Shown here piece after piece: positions 1 to 13,289 of a stretch of DNA of 64,000 nt (position 1 is its first letter; each line of letters opens with the position of its first letter). Source of the DNA: Octopus bimaculoides (Eukaryota); assembly GCF_001194135.2 (NCBI RefSeq), contig NC_068988.1, positions 68,956,210 through 69,020,209 of the forward strand. The letters are read 5' to 3'. A program made the position numbers and the translations under genes. The notes under the pieces are model-generated. The model did not search any database, had not been told where the DNA came from, and saw only the letters and a program-made list of their open reading frames with translations.

Positions 1-421
1 GGTAAAATTGCTATCAACAGGATTTGAAGTCAAAATGAGGTGAAATGGGACAAATACTACAAGGTGTTTCACTCAATGGTCCAAGAATTCTAACACTATG
101 TCACCTGACTACATTAAATATGACAGAACTAACTAAACTTTTAATTTAGTTACGTAGAATAAGTCATGTGAAATGTGGGTTAAAACTATATGAATTGTAC
201 CTGCTTTGTTTACTTATCATTTACCATCCATCACACACCAGCACTTAATATAGCTCAATATGGTGTTCTGTGTATTGTTGTTGCTGTTGTGTGTTGTCAT
301 TGTTGTTGTTCTTGTTTAGCCTCAAGTCAGCTCTGACCAACCAATCCTACAAGACAATTTGCTATACACGCAATATTGTATCACAAATTTTTGTTGCATT
401 GTATAAAATATAAGTGCAATA

Positions 422-652
422 TTAACCCTTTAACCCTGCAAAATTAGATTTCATGGTTATTCCAGTAATGATGTGAAATATCTACCAACTAAATCAGTAT
501 TTTCTGCAAGTCATGTTATCTCAATAAAAAATAGTTCCAAACATGACATTCCTTAACAAAAGATGGATTAATATATAAATCTACTTTCCACAGATTAGGG
601 TAATGAAATTTTGAGTGGATACATCTGATTTCCACAGTAAAAGGGTGAATGT
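422..652. mobile_element. Decayed piggyBac-type MITE
   Basis: Begins TTAACCCTTT; the right end reverse-complements to TTCACCCTTTT..GAAATCAGAT, similar to the left end (TTAA-CCC signature). Confidence 0.4.
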
Positions 653-2530
653 TTTTAATGCATTTTTACATTCTGATTTCAAATTCTGCAAAAGTCATGT
701 TGCTCTGTAATCTTCTAGGATCAATAAACTGAGTACCAGTAATATTCAATGATCTGTAAAATTTCTTCTCTAACTATATAACCTGTGCCAATGTTACGAA
801 TCATTATTCTTGTTGTTTAAACCCTGGCCAGTTCTGACTGAACAAAATTATAATTAATGTTAACCCTGCTATGATCAGTTTGAGCTGTATAATTTTAAAT
901 ATAATGCCTCAATAATCAATTATGATGACTCTAATTATTCTTAATGTGTCTGTAATTATTGGTAATGTTTGATTTAATGTCTTAATTATTCATAACGTCA
1001 GTAGCATATGGTTTAAGAGTGGTTTGGTTGCTATTTCTAGCTGTCTGAGTGACCATGCACAGGCTCTTACATACTTCACTCAGTATTTGTTATTTCTTGT
1101 TTAGCTCTAGGTCAAATCCTATCAGGCAGACAAATAACCAAAGATATTTTAGCCAAGACCATACAGTCATTTGGAATATCAAGGCAATAAGCTGGTAAAA
1201 TATGGATATTATGTGGGGAAAAGGGTATCCCACATGCTCCCAGAATAATTACTACATGGTCTTTGAAACTGGGGTCAGAAGTAGTGAAGAAATTATACTC
1301 ATGGTGCTCAGATCGGAGATCTTGTCTAGTTGTTTCTAACAGAGTAGGTGTCACTAAAGTTATACAACAACCAGGTGATGTTAAACTGATGGTGGATTAA
1401 GCATACCATCATCAAAGACAGTCTGTCTGAAGGGTTCCTCTCCTCAAAAGGTTTCATGTGGTCAGATCAATCTTTAGAACACATGATTTCAAAGGAAATT
1501 TCTTAGTCACACAGCCATTCTTGCTTAAGTTTCGTTTTTGAAAATGAAGATAGTGTTGCAAATATCATTTCACAGAGATTTATTTATATGCTGTGCTGGT
1601 AACATAAACTGCAACTATGCAAATTTTCTAACTTCAGTACTGTGTTATACATATAAAGATACATACATATTAACATGAATGTGTCAAGGATATTCTTAAC
1701 ACATAAAGACACATACATACTAAATACAAATGTATCAATGGAATTTTATACACATTAGGATACATACAGAGCAAATATTGATATTTCAATGCTATTCTGT
1801 ACACATAAAGATGCAGACATACAGACAAAATTAGCATTTAGATTTCATCCTCAACTTTGTTTGACAGTTAACCAGATTTCATTCATAATTTTGTTTTTTA
1901 TTTTTCATTTTACTTAATCAAAACAAATTCAATCATCGTTTGACTTATTCCTGATAGATTTTTATTTAATTTGTTGTTGTTGTTATTTAAATTATTTTTC
2001 ACACTTAGGCAATATCATGACATGTTATTTAAATATTCAATTTGAGTTTACCACTGATTCAATATGATGAATATCTTTTTTTTACATAAAGAGTTTTAAT
2101 GATAATTAATTAATATAGTTTTAAGAACTTCTGTTGTTTCTCTTTGCATTTTTGATTAAACATTTATTTGCTTACATATAATTTTTTGCTATTTCTAAAA
2201 ATTTGTGTGTGCATCTCTCTCTCTCTCTCACTCTTTACACAAACACACACACACACACACATACTTGACAGATTTTATTTTACACCATCTCAGTTCTGTA
2301 TGTTACATTCCACATTAACACATACACTCTTGAAAGTTACAACATTTGCATTAATTGTCAAAGCAATCTTTTTTTTTTTTCCTAAAATATTCTTCATTCC
2401 TCTCTTCAAAAATGTCAAAAGCCACTTGAAAGTTAAACTCCTGAATCATGAAGTGCTATCACTTCTGTAGTGAAATTACTTTTTAAAGTTAGTTACAGTT
2501 ATGGTGATTCATTCTTTTTCATAATCTTAC

Positions 2531-2623
2531 AACATCAACCTTCTGACATTCCCCATGGTTTCCTTGCATGTTCGTCATATGGTTGTCCATGAGGAATATC
2601 AGTCACATTCATGTCTTTAGGGT
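2531..2623 (-). CDS. Candidate orphan exon of an unidentified host gene
   Basis: 93 nt between acceptor ttaattacctttgcAG and donor GTAAGA on minus. One frame reads (D)PKDMNVTDIPHGQPYDEHARKPWGMSEG-TGA; another gives MDNHMTNMQGNHGECQKVDV up to the donor. No recognised homology. Confidence 0.35.
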
Positions 2624-3504
2624 CTGCAAAGGTAATTAACAGAACCCATTCTTCCAGATCAAATCATATAAGAAAAATGAATAAATAAGAAGAGCTATTT
2701 ATTCTTTAGAGATATTTTGCATTAATAATTATATTTCAATTTTTTTAAAATTTACCTTTAAGACTTCATTGAAATTGCTTAACAAGTTAGTTTCATCAAT
2801 TATGAAGACATTATTTCGTATTTTACATTACAACTACCAAATCACTGATCTGATGTTAAAGCATTAATGTATAGGTAGACACTATGTAGACACTTAATCT
2901 CAGAGAAATAGCAGCTAAGTGTCCCTCAGGTTTAATACTAACATCTGTAAAAGGGAGAGGCACATTTTATCTACAATTTTCAATTCAGGACACACTGTGT
3001 AATGTGGTAAAAATGCCATCATGATAATTTTTTCCTAAACATTGAAGGAAATATGTAATGCTGCTACTGCTTCTCAAAATTGCCCCAAAGAACTGAATTC
3101 AATTGCTGATTCAGTGAGGTCATCTTAAAGGGCACATTGCCATTTTGTATCTTACACAAATCACAATACAAATGCTGCTAATGATGGTATGCCTCTTTAC
3201 ACATATTTCCTCACTAACATGATCAACAATTGCATGCATTCCCTTCTGAATTCTATTACACACTATAAATTATATCTTTCAATCCATTCAAAATACAAGA
3301 AATTCTACAAATAACAAATACATGATTATATATTTCAATCTCATGAATTTTACTTCAGGACTGAATGATGAACAATTTTCTCAGGTTTTGCTAAATATTA
3401 ACCTTGCAAAAATATTCTTCCTATATAAAAATGTTTATCAGCCAAACACATATACAATGATATGGTGATATGGGTCTCAATTTTTTTTCTACATGCTGAT
3501 GCCA

Positions 3505-3685
3505 TCTAAAAACCCCCAGAACACTCTGTAAGGTGGTTGGTATTATGAAGGGCACCCAGCCAAGCCAAATTGGCCCAGAACCTTGTACAACTTTCCATCT
3601 TGTCAGCTCTTGTTAAACTGTTCAACCTATGCCGGCATGGAAAACAGACCTTAAATGATGATGATGATGATGATGACAACGACGA
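3505..3685 (+). mobile_element. RTE LINE 3' tail
   Basis: aagggcacccagcc...caacctatgccggcatggaaaacagac-ttaaa(tga)n, a tail shared with many copies in the window. Confidence 0.7.
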
Positions 3686-4255
3686 TTGACACATTGAAAT
3701 GAAGTTTTAAATGATTGATCATATTGATACATTTCTATGAAAATTTTTTGATTATCTTTTGAGAACCTGACAAGGTTTGATTTCATTTTTAGTAAAATGT
3801 TATTAAACCTCATAAATCTTAATATAAAGGTTCATTTTTCTTCTTGTTTATTGTTCTACATGAATACTTCCATATGGATTGCCTGAGAGAAGAACAAGGT
3901 GCTTACAGCTGGAAAGTTTTTCATCAGAGTTCTGTTTGATAATGTTTGATCTGGAGTTAAAAAAACAATATGAAAACAACTTGGTATCCAATTTACAGCT
4001 GACTTAAACAAAGGAAACGAAACAATTTTGCCTAAAGATGCAAATCATTAAATTTCCAATCCCCTTAAACTCATGACAATTTTGATCAGGAAACACTTGT
4101 ACTTATATTTGTGATTGCTAACAATTTGATTCATTTAATATTAACCCTTCATTTCCTAATGTTTTACCATACGACACATTTTTTTTTCAATGTTTACCTA
4201 ATTGATATTTTCTTGCTGTCACATTTTTATTATGACACTTATCTGCCCTTGCCTA

Positions 4256-4611
4256 GTGGAAGCGCAATGGCCCAGTGGTTAGGGCAGTGGACTCGCGGTC
4301 ATAAGATCGCGGTTTCGATTCCCAGACCAGGCGTTGTGAGTGTTTATTGAGTGAAAACACCTAAAGCTCCATGAGGCTCTGGCAGGGGATGGTGGCGAAC
4401 CCTGCTGTACTCTTTCATCACAACTTTCTCTCACTCTTTCTTCCTGTTTCTGTTGTGCCTTGTCACACTCTGTGTCACGCTGAATATCCCCGAGAACTAC
4501 ATTAAGGGTACACATGTTGGTGGAGTGCTCAGCCACATGCACATTAATTTCACGAGCAGGCTGTTCCGTTGATCGGATCAACTGGAACCCTCAACGTCGT
4601 AAGCGATGGAG
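4256..4611 (+). mobile_element. Full-length tRNA-derived SINE with 12-bp TSD
   Basis: A box TGGCCCAGTGGTTAGG and B box GGTTTCGATTCCC; flanked by tgcccttgccta (4244-4255) and tgcccttgctta (4612-4623). Confidence 0.85.
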
Positions 4612-5049
4612 TGCCCTTGCTTATGTGTAGATATAACCATTGGCTAGGTGCTTCTCACCAAAAGAAGAGCGTCCTAATGAAAGTATTCCAGCTAATCTCT
4701 CTTGGTGTATTAGTGCTGATGGCATAATGGCAAACAGTTCCTTGTTTTATAAGACTAAGGCAGTGTTTTAATTTGCATCCAAGGATCTTAACATTAAAGA
4801 CAAAAAGGGTCCATCTGTAGTTTATGTCTTGGACAAGACTGTTTTATCGATTTTGTTCCATCAAAATAATTCTCATCTTTCACACATCATATATCTTGAC
4901 TGAATAATTGATAGATTAGAAATATAACTAATTGTAAAAAATTTCACAGACATATCTAAGCTTTTAGAATCAAAGAAACTTTGCTAACATCATTAAAACA
5001 AAGTAAATTCAGAGGAGCCAACTCAGTTTATGGCAGATGCTTAGTTCAA

Positions 5050-5280
5050 TTCCACCCACCTGATATTTTCCACCCACTGTTCCTAGGATGGTCATGGGTG
5101 CAAAGTCCTCAGGCAACCCCTCTTTAGAGTCCTATCAGAAGCAACCATCACTAGACTCTCTGGCTGGATTCCCAATCATGAACAATTGAAACTATGGATA
5201 TTATCCAGCAATCTCACTCTTGGTCTACTTCTAAGTCCCCTGCATGGCTTGAAAGATCGATCTTGCAATTCTTTCCTGTA
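5050..5280 (-). mobile_element. Decayed RTE-clade (Expander/Rex3-like) LINE 3' coding fragment
   Basis: Minus reads RIARSIFQA..SRPRVRLLDNIH...LGIQPESL.MVASDR, resembling the GRPR.RW.D.I...LGI C-terminus of RTE ORFs. Confidence 0.5.
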
Positions 5281-5681
5281 ATATTCTTATCACATCTGTA
5301 GTAACTCATCAATGTAGAGTAGAAGGTGATTATGTTCACATTTTCTGCTTGTTTAAGGCAAATCTACTCAATATTCCAAGAGATAATTATTTATACCTTC
5401 ATTTGAATTTGAGCTTCTGCCAAAAACTTGTTTGAAAAATGAATATTGTTTTTTTTTTTTCTCACATATGTTCAGTTTAGGTTTAAGAAAAAACAGGATA
5501 TCTCATACATCCACTCTCTAAAACTCTGTATAGTATAAAAGAAATGTTATTTCTGGTTGCTCTGTGAAAGTAGTTAGTAACACTTTTCAGATATATTGAC
5601 ATATTACTTATCTTCATCGTCATAGCATTATCTCATTAAAAATTAAAGAACATTCAGATTAATAACAGTTAGGTATTCAGA

Positions 5682-6059
5682 CAGGAGTGGCTGTGTGGTA
5701 AGAAGCTTGCTTCCCAAACACAGTCCCACATTATGGCACCTTGGGTAAGTGTCTTCTATTATAGCCTTGTGCCTTGTGAGTGGATTTAGTAGATGAAAAT
5801 TAAAAGAAGCTTGTCATGTGTGTGTATGTGTGTTTTTATATGTGTCCGTGTTTGTCCCCTGCCACTGCTTGACAACTGGTGTTGGTGTGTTTATATCCCT
5901 GCAACTTAGAAGTTCATTGAAAGAGACCAATAAAATAAGTACCAGGTTTAACAAAAAAAAAGAAACAAAAATAAAAAGTACTGGGATTGATTCATCCATC
6001 TAAAATTCTTCAACACAGTGTCCCAGCATGGCTACAGTCTAATGACTGAAACAAGTAAA
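5682..6059 (+). mobile_element. tRNA-derived SINE, family A
   Basis: Head caggagtggctgtgtggtaag, internal (TG)n, tail cagcatggctacagtctaatgactgaaacaagtaaa; matches the copies at 16094 and 42086. Confidence 0.85.
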
Positions 6060-6462
6060 CTTGTAAAGAGAGATATCTGATACATTTTTCATTATTTCAC
6101 ATCAGACAACAAAGGGCAGTAACTTATCCTAATAAACATATCACAACTGTCATTATGCTTATTCCCTGTATCATAATTAGGATCCACATTATTATAGTCA
6201 CTAGACAGTGGATAGGAAAATAAGTACAAGAGCTGACAGGGATGACAGAGCAATAGAACAGCAGCCCAGATACCTTACAGCATTTAGTTACACTGCTTAA
6301 CATTTTGAGTTTTCATTAAATAAATATCGCAGTCAAGGCCTGAAGGCAAGGTATTTGTTTATATATCCTCTTGGATATACACAAAACATATACATATATT
6401 CATATACCTACCTGTCTCTCCCACACTCTGTGTGAGTGTATGTGTGTGTATCTATCTATCTA

Positions 6463-6525
<63 letters not shown>

Positions 6526-7213
6526 TTGTTTAAAAGAGTTCCAACACTGTCTGTTTTTTATGTTTTATTTATATTCCTGCAGAACCAATGTGGGGTATAG
6601 AATATGNNNNNNNNNNNNNNNNNNNNNNNNNNNNNNNNNNNNNNNNNNNNNNNNNNNNNNNNNNNNNNNNNNNNNNNNNNNNNNNNNNNNNNNNNNNNNN
6701 NNNNNNNNNNNNNNNNNNNNNNNNNNNNNNNNNNNNNNNNNNNNNNNNNNNNNNNNNNNNNNNNNNNNNNNNNNNNNNNNNNNNNNNNNNNNNNNNNNNN
6801 NNNNNNNNNNNNNNNNNNNNNNNNNNNNNNNNNNNNNNNNNNNNNNNNNNNNNNNNNNNNNNNNNNNNNNNNNNNNNNNNNNNNNNNNNNNNNNNNNNNN
6901 NNNNNNNNNNNNNNNNNNNNNNNNNNNNNNNNNNNNNNNNNNNNNNNNNNNNNNNNNNNNNNNNNNNNNNNNNNNNNNNNNNNNNNNNNNNNNNNNNNNN
7001 NNNNNNNNNNNNNNNNNNNNNNNNNNNNNNNNNNNNNNNNNNNNNNNNNNNNNNNNNNNNNNNNNNNNNNNNNNNNNNNNNNNNNNNNNNNNNNNNNNNN
7101 NNNNNNNNNNNNNNNNNNNNNNNNNNNNNNNNNNNNNNNNNNNNNNNNNNNNNNNNNNATTCCTCTATACACAATCATACAAAAAAACCACCTTTTTTGT
7201 ATTTATTTTTACT

Positions 7214-7254
<41 letters not shown>

Positions 7255-7519
7255 TAAGTCTTAGGGTAGCAAAAAATTAAGAAATTTAATTTACTACCAG
7301 TGGTGTAGCGAGAAAAAAATTAGTCAACAGAATATATATTACTCATGTAAAATACAATGTACATTAGAGATGCCCATAAAAGGACATCTGACCCACTAGA
7401 AAGAGCAGCCAAAGCTCTACACCACAAAATTAGGGATAATTTCGAAAGGAATGAAAAATAAAAACATTTACCATCTAAATTTTGGAACAAGTTTCAAGTT
7501 ATTTTAGCAAAACAAACTA

Positions 7520-7741
7520 TTTTGCAAGGCCAACAATCATCAGCGAAATAGCCTAGATTGACATGTATGCACGAGGCACAACATAGAGAGCATGACTTGT
7601 GCATATATGTCTAATTTTTCAAAAATTACCGCGGATGTGCGGAATACCTAATCGGCAGCAACAAGTCATGTTCTTTATGTTGTGCCTCGTCCATACATGT
7701 CGATCTAGGCTATTTCGCTGATGATAGTTGGCCTTGCAAAA
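7520..7741. repeat. Long inverted repeat (81-bp arms, 60-nt spacer)
   Basis: 7520-7600 is the reverse complement of 7661-7741 with about 5 mismatches by hand count; the right arm runs into an N gap. Confidence 0.9.
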
Positions 7742-8869
7742 NNNNNNNNNNNNNNNNNNNNNNNNNNNNNNNNNNNNNNNNNNNNNNNNNNNNNNNNNNN
7801 NNNNNNNNNNNNNNNNNNNNNNNNNNNNNNNNNNNNNNNNNAAGGAAACACAATTATGACACTACCACATTTATTCGATATGACCACCTCTTTTTTTAAT
7901 CACAAACCTTAAGTCCAGGTGGAAATGCTTCACATGTAGCATCCAGCTGTTCTTTCAGAATTGATGCCCACTCTTGGCACAGTTTTGCCTTCAGAGTGTT
8001 GAGCAAAGCATGAGGATTGCTTCAGATTCCTCATTTGTTTCCCCCATTGTCTTTTTAAAGTTTGTAGTGCAAAAAAAAAAACATTAATTTTAAAAAATCT
8101 TTTTTCATAAACAGTTTCCCCCATCATTTCAAAGGCAGTTGTTAAAAAAAGGATTAGAAAAATCCCCATCAAAATGGAGAATCTCTAACTTATGTGGGCG
8201 TCCTAATCTGAAGCTCCACTGGCTATGGATATGTTTAATAGTCCATTAGAATTTTATTGAAATAGTATCATGTCCCAAAATCTCAGGATTTATTTAGTTC
8301 TATACCTACTGTGGTTTGTACTTTTGGATTTAGCTAGGTCTGAAAACACTGTGAAATTGATTGTTTGTTACATGCAACAAAATAAGTTTTACATAAATAT
8401 TTTTAAAAATTGTCAAAACAAAGTTTCATTTTCAAGAACCTGAAAAGAAATAGGTGACTGCTATTGCATGCATACTATTAATTTGTGTAATTTGAAGATG
8501 ATTATCACTTCAGTTTCAAAGTTATAACCTCACAAATATGGCTAATTATTCATTCAAGCCTAATTTGGAAATATTTCAACTTGTCCTATCTCATAAAATA
8601 TTCATTCAAATTTCACAAATGAGGTATCAAGATGTTTCTTTTTGGATGCTCTCCAAGAATAAGTACAGTAGAAGTTAGATTTAAATATTTCCATATATAC
8701 ATAGTGATACCTAGTTATAAGTTATCTCAAAGCTCTAAATTGAAACTATATCTCTGCTTACTCAGCTAGTTATCTCATGAGGATGGATAAAATTTGTACC
8801 AGTAATGTATTGGCCAAGTCACTTGATGTTCAACACTAGATGATTATTGATTTATTAACTACATTGTGG

Positions 8870-9128
8870 TTGTCCCTGCATACAGGCATGTACCTTGCAT
8901 CCCTTTTCAGCTGAGCGATCCTAATCTTGCAGGCCCATGGGTGCTGTGTTAAAACACCCAGTACACTCTGTAAAGTGATTGGCATTAAGAAGGACATCCA
9001 GCCATAGAAACCATGCAAAAACAGACATGTAGCCCAGGCACCTCTTCTGTTGGCCAGCTCCTGTCAAACCCTCCAACACATGCTAGTGTGAAGAATGGAT
9101 GTTAAATGACGCGTATGATGATGATGAT
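8870..9128 (+). mobile_element. RTE LINE 3' tail
   Basis: cacactctgtaaagtgattggcattaagaaggacatccagcc...gttaaatgac..(gat)n. Confidence 0.75.
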
Positions 9129-10045
9129 CTGTGTAATAAGTGAATTATTATTTGTGGCTATGTAAAAACTTATATATCAGCTATGGCTGTGTAATAACTA
9201 TAATAGTTTATTAAATACAGTTGCATAATTGTTGACTCATATGTTGTTTTTCTATAACAACTGATACATCAGCTATGGTTTTGTAATAACTTATTAGCTA
9301 TGACTGTCTAATAGCTTCTTTATTTACTATAGTTGCATAATAGCTGATATATTAGCAACATTTGGTAATTACTGATCAATCAATACTGACCAACATTATG
9401 CAAAGTAGTGGTAACAAAATGTATTTTCCCCACCCTCTGTTTCTGCTGTATATTTCTGGGATCTTTGATTTTCTATTTACAATTCTGCTCACTAGATTTT
9501 AACTTCAGGCATTTCAATATAATTATGTTGCTTCAAAAATTTAAGCTTGACAGATTGAAGACAAAACAAAATGAAAATTATCTGGTCTCTGAAATTGTTA
9601 GAAAACTGACAGAAAGATGTAAAACTCTGTTGTGCTTAAAGCAAAAATGTTAAAACATCATCATGATGTAAGAGATTCCATTGTTGAGAAAACTTTCTCA
9701 TTCCTTGGAAAGAATGTGGATATATTTATACAATTCAGCAAAGTTTAGATGAGAGATAACATTATCATTGTATCATGTGTCCAATTTGAAAATACAAATA
9801 TGCTAAAGAAAAAAAACCTCAGTGATATCTAGATAAAGTTATGTCATATATAAAAGGTTAATTTTCAACAGTGAAAGTAAAATCCTGCACCAGTACAAAA
9901 ACTTTTTTTAATATATTTAGAAATTGTCCCAGATTTATATATTTGAAATTAATTATTTATTAATTCTGTATATTATATTTATTCTAATTACAACTAGCAT
10001 GGCAACTTATTAAAATTAAATAATTGCAAGAGTTTTACTTTTATA

Positions 10046-11290
10046 TCATCACCATCATCATTTAACGTCTGTTTTCTATGCTGGCATGTGTTGGGTGATT
10101 AGACAGAACTAGTAAGCCAGGGAGCTGCACCAAGTTCCAATCTGATTTGGCATGGCTGGATGCCCTTCCTAACTCTAACCACTCCAAGAATTTAGTGGGT
10201 TCTCTTTACATACCACTGGCATAGGTGCCAGTTATGTGACACCAGCAGCAGCTCTGACTACAATCTCACTTGGCTAGATAGATCTTCTCAAGCACAGTGT
10301 ATCACCAAAAGTCTTGGTCACCTGTCACTGCCTCTGCAAGGCTCAACGTTCAAAGAGTGCATTTTACAAGCCACTACCATGGGTGCCAGTCACACAGCAC
10401 TGGCATCAGCCACAACTACGATTTCACTTGGCTTGACAGGTCTTCTCAAGTACAGCATATCACCCAACGTCTGTAGGGTGCTTTTTACATGCCAGTTAAG
10501 CAACATTGGCATTGACCATGACTACAATCTCACTTGGCTTGACAGGTCTTCTCAAACATAAAATATTACCAAAGGTCTCAGTTGCCTGTCATTGGCATTG
10601 TGAGGTCTGACTTTCGAAGTTCATGCTTCACCACCTTGTCCCATGACTTCCTGGGTTTGTCTCTTCCACAGGCTTCAGCCACCATTAGAGTGTGGCACTT
10701 CACACAGCTGTCCTCGTCCATACACATCAGATGACCATAGCAGTGCAGTTATCTCTTTTGTACAGCATATCGGTTGCCTCTTATGCCCAACTTTTCACTC
10801 AAGACACTTACACTCTGTTGTGCATGCACACTGACATTGCACATTCAGCGAAGTATACTAACTTCATTTCTTACAAGTCTATGCATGTCCTAAGTGGTCA
10901 CATCCCATGTTTCACTGTCACGTAGCATGGCTGTTCACACATGAGCATCATTCAATCTGTCTTTCACTCTGAGGGAGAGGTCATTTCTTACCAGCAGAGG
11001 TTGGAACTCTCTGAACTTTGCCCAGCATATTCTTATTCTAGCAACTACACTCTCAGAGCATCCACCCTAGCTACTGAAGCTGTCAACTACTTCTAATTTT
11101 CCCTCTTGACATTTGATAGAGTCTATTTTCTGTACATTTCTAGTGTTAATTGTACCTGTGCACATTCCACACACAAAACTATTTTCCCTGTTAACCATCC
11201 TCTGATATTGTTGCACCCTTATGTGTCCAAAGCTTACACTAGGTAGATCTTAGGGAGTTTCTTATATTGTGCCATGTTTGTACTATACTA
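10046..11290 (-). mobile_element. 5'-truncated RTE LINE (RT C-terminus, repeated 3'UTR, (TGA)n tail)
   Basis: Minus motifs C.LWTHK.C and LR.MCNVSVH; 3'UTR of repeated units; tail at 10046-10060. Confidence 0.8.
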
Positions 11291-13289
11291 TGTTATACTA
11301 TATATATATGTAGATATATGTATGTATGTATGTATGTATGTATAAGAGAGGAAAAGAGAAAGAGAGAGTGAGAGAGGAGAGACAAGAGAGGGAGAAATCA
11401 CATGTATAGTAAATTTATACTATAGCATAAGTTATTACACCATGTTTGTATTAAACTATGATAGATTATAACATACTTACGTCATATATGTATTAGATTA
11501 TGTTTATAGAAAATCTGTCTCTAAAAAACAGCTCAGGACTATTACTATACAGTTGTATATCAATTGTTATTCCTTATACGAGACATTGTTACATGAAAAA
11601 CATAAATACGATGTTTCATAAAAGACCAATTAATTTGTTTGTTGTATGGTGACATATGTAATTAATTATATCCAATGTCATCAAATTTGATTATGTATTA
11701 AGATAATTTGGACAAGAAAATCTATTATCTTATGACTAATTTTGATCATAAAGTAATAACATAAATAGGTGAACAATGCCATCTTGATATATTTAATCCA
11801 CATATGTCAATGAGATCAGAACTAAGTTGGTGCTAAAACATCACAACAACGATGGCACTGGTGTTGATAAGAACAGCACCAGCACCACTACCACGAACAA
11901 CCCAGACAATTAGAACAGTACACAATTCAATTTGTCAAATTATTTTGAAAACCTTGAGGTGCCACATTGACACCTCATGGTTACAATTATCTCTTTGGAG
12001 ACACTTCTGATTCATTTTCACTTCCTCCCCTAAATATGAGTAACCACGTAGCTCTTCAACAAGAATCTGCTCTGTCCTACTCCTACTCTCATACCTTCGT
12101 CCTTTCCCCTATCTAACATAAGGATGTACCCACCCCCATCTCCTCAGATGTTGTAAGCTTGCAAGCCGAATGGTGACACTGTAATATATTTGATATTAAG
12201 AAGGGTATTCAGTGGTAGAAATCATGCCATAACAGACACTGGAGCATGCTGCAGTTCTTGGGTCCACTGGCTTCTGTCCAACTGTCTAACCCATGCCAGA
12301 CTGGAAGACAGTTGTTAAATGATGACGATGATACTATGTCAGTACACTACACAAATTATATTCTTTGTTTATTTTTAGATAGTTTCAGACCAGATGGCTT
12401 CTCCCATTCCATCACCACTCCCAAGATTATTTGCTAATTCTTACTGAGCATTGCAATTAATTAAAACAGCAAAAAGATAGCAATGTTATCAGTAAATAAT
12501 CGAAATATTATCGTATAATTTGTATCTTAGAAAGCTGAAGGGATTGCTTTTTGCAGCTACAGACTAAAATGTCATTGAATAACAAGTGGTTTGATGTGGT
12601 ATTTAAATACATCAACTGAGCCAGACAGATGAGAGGACAGTGAAATATGTGGAGATATATGTAATTAGAGACTATTTTGTCACTGTATTTGGTGTTAGAA
12701 AACATTGATATGTGAAGAAACAGAAAGTTGTCTAATATAAATATATAGTTTGATGCAGCAAAAGAATAAATGACAGGAACAGATATAAAAGTCATTAGTT
12801 AAAGTATTACATACAATTGCCTGATCAATATCTAAGCAGCTAAGTACATAGTAATTATTTAAATGTTTGTGGTGGCTTTTATTGAGCATATGATGGATGA
12901 GAGCATTGTAAATAGATGTATTTTGATGTTTGATCTTTAAAGGAAATGTGATTATACAAAATTTTACATCATATTTAACTAATTAAAGCATAAACAAGGA
13001 TTTCATTTTAAAGTTACAACAAAGTTTTATGAATATTTTAAAATCTTTGCTGAGATAACTGTCATTTTCTAATATCTCTCTCAGATTAAAATGAACTGCT
13101 GGCATATCTGTAGAAAATTATCACTTCTATTATGCCAAACTGATCACATGAATTAGAAAATTATCAAAAGTTTAACTAAAAGAGAAACCTAAAATAATTC
13201 TAAAGTTGATCAAGTTTGTTATTCCACAAACATTATGCATTAAAATAGAAAGATTTTTATTACTTAATAAATTTTTAGTGGAAGGATGG

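Noticed and set aside
4256-4330. tRNA gene
   Set aside because: A/B boxes belong to a SINE head with body and TSD; the same applies to other tRNA-like heads.
6371-7264. Long ORFs spanning N runs (also 7705-7912 and 29042-30100)
   Set aside because: Artefacts of assembly gaps.
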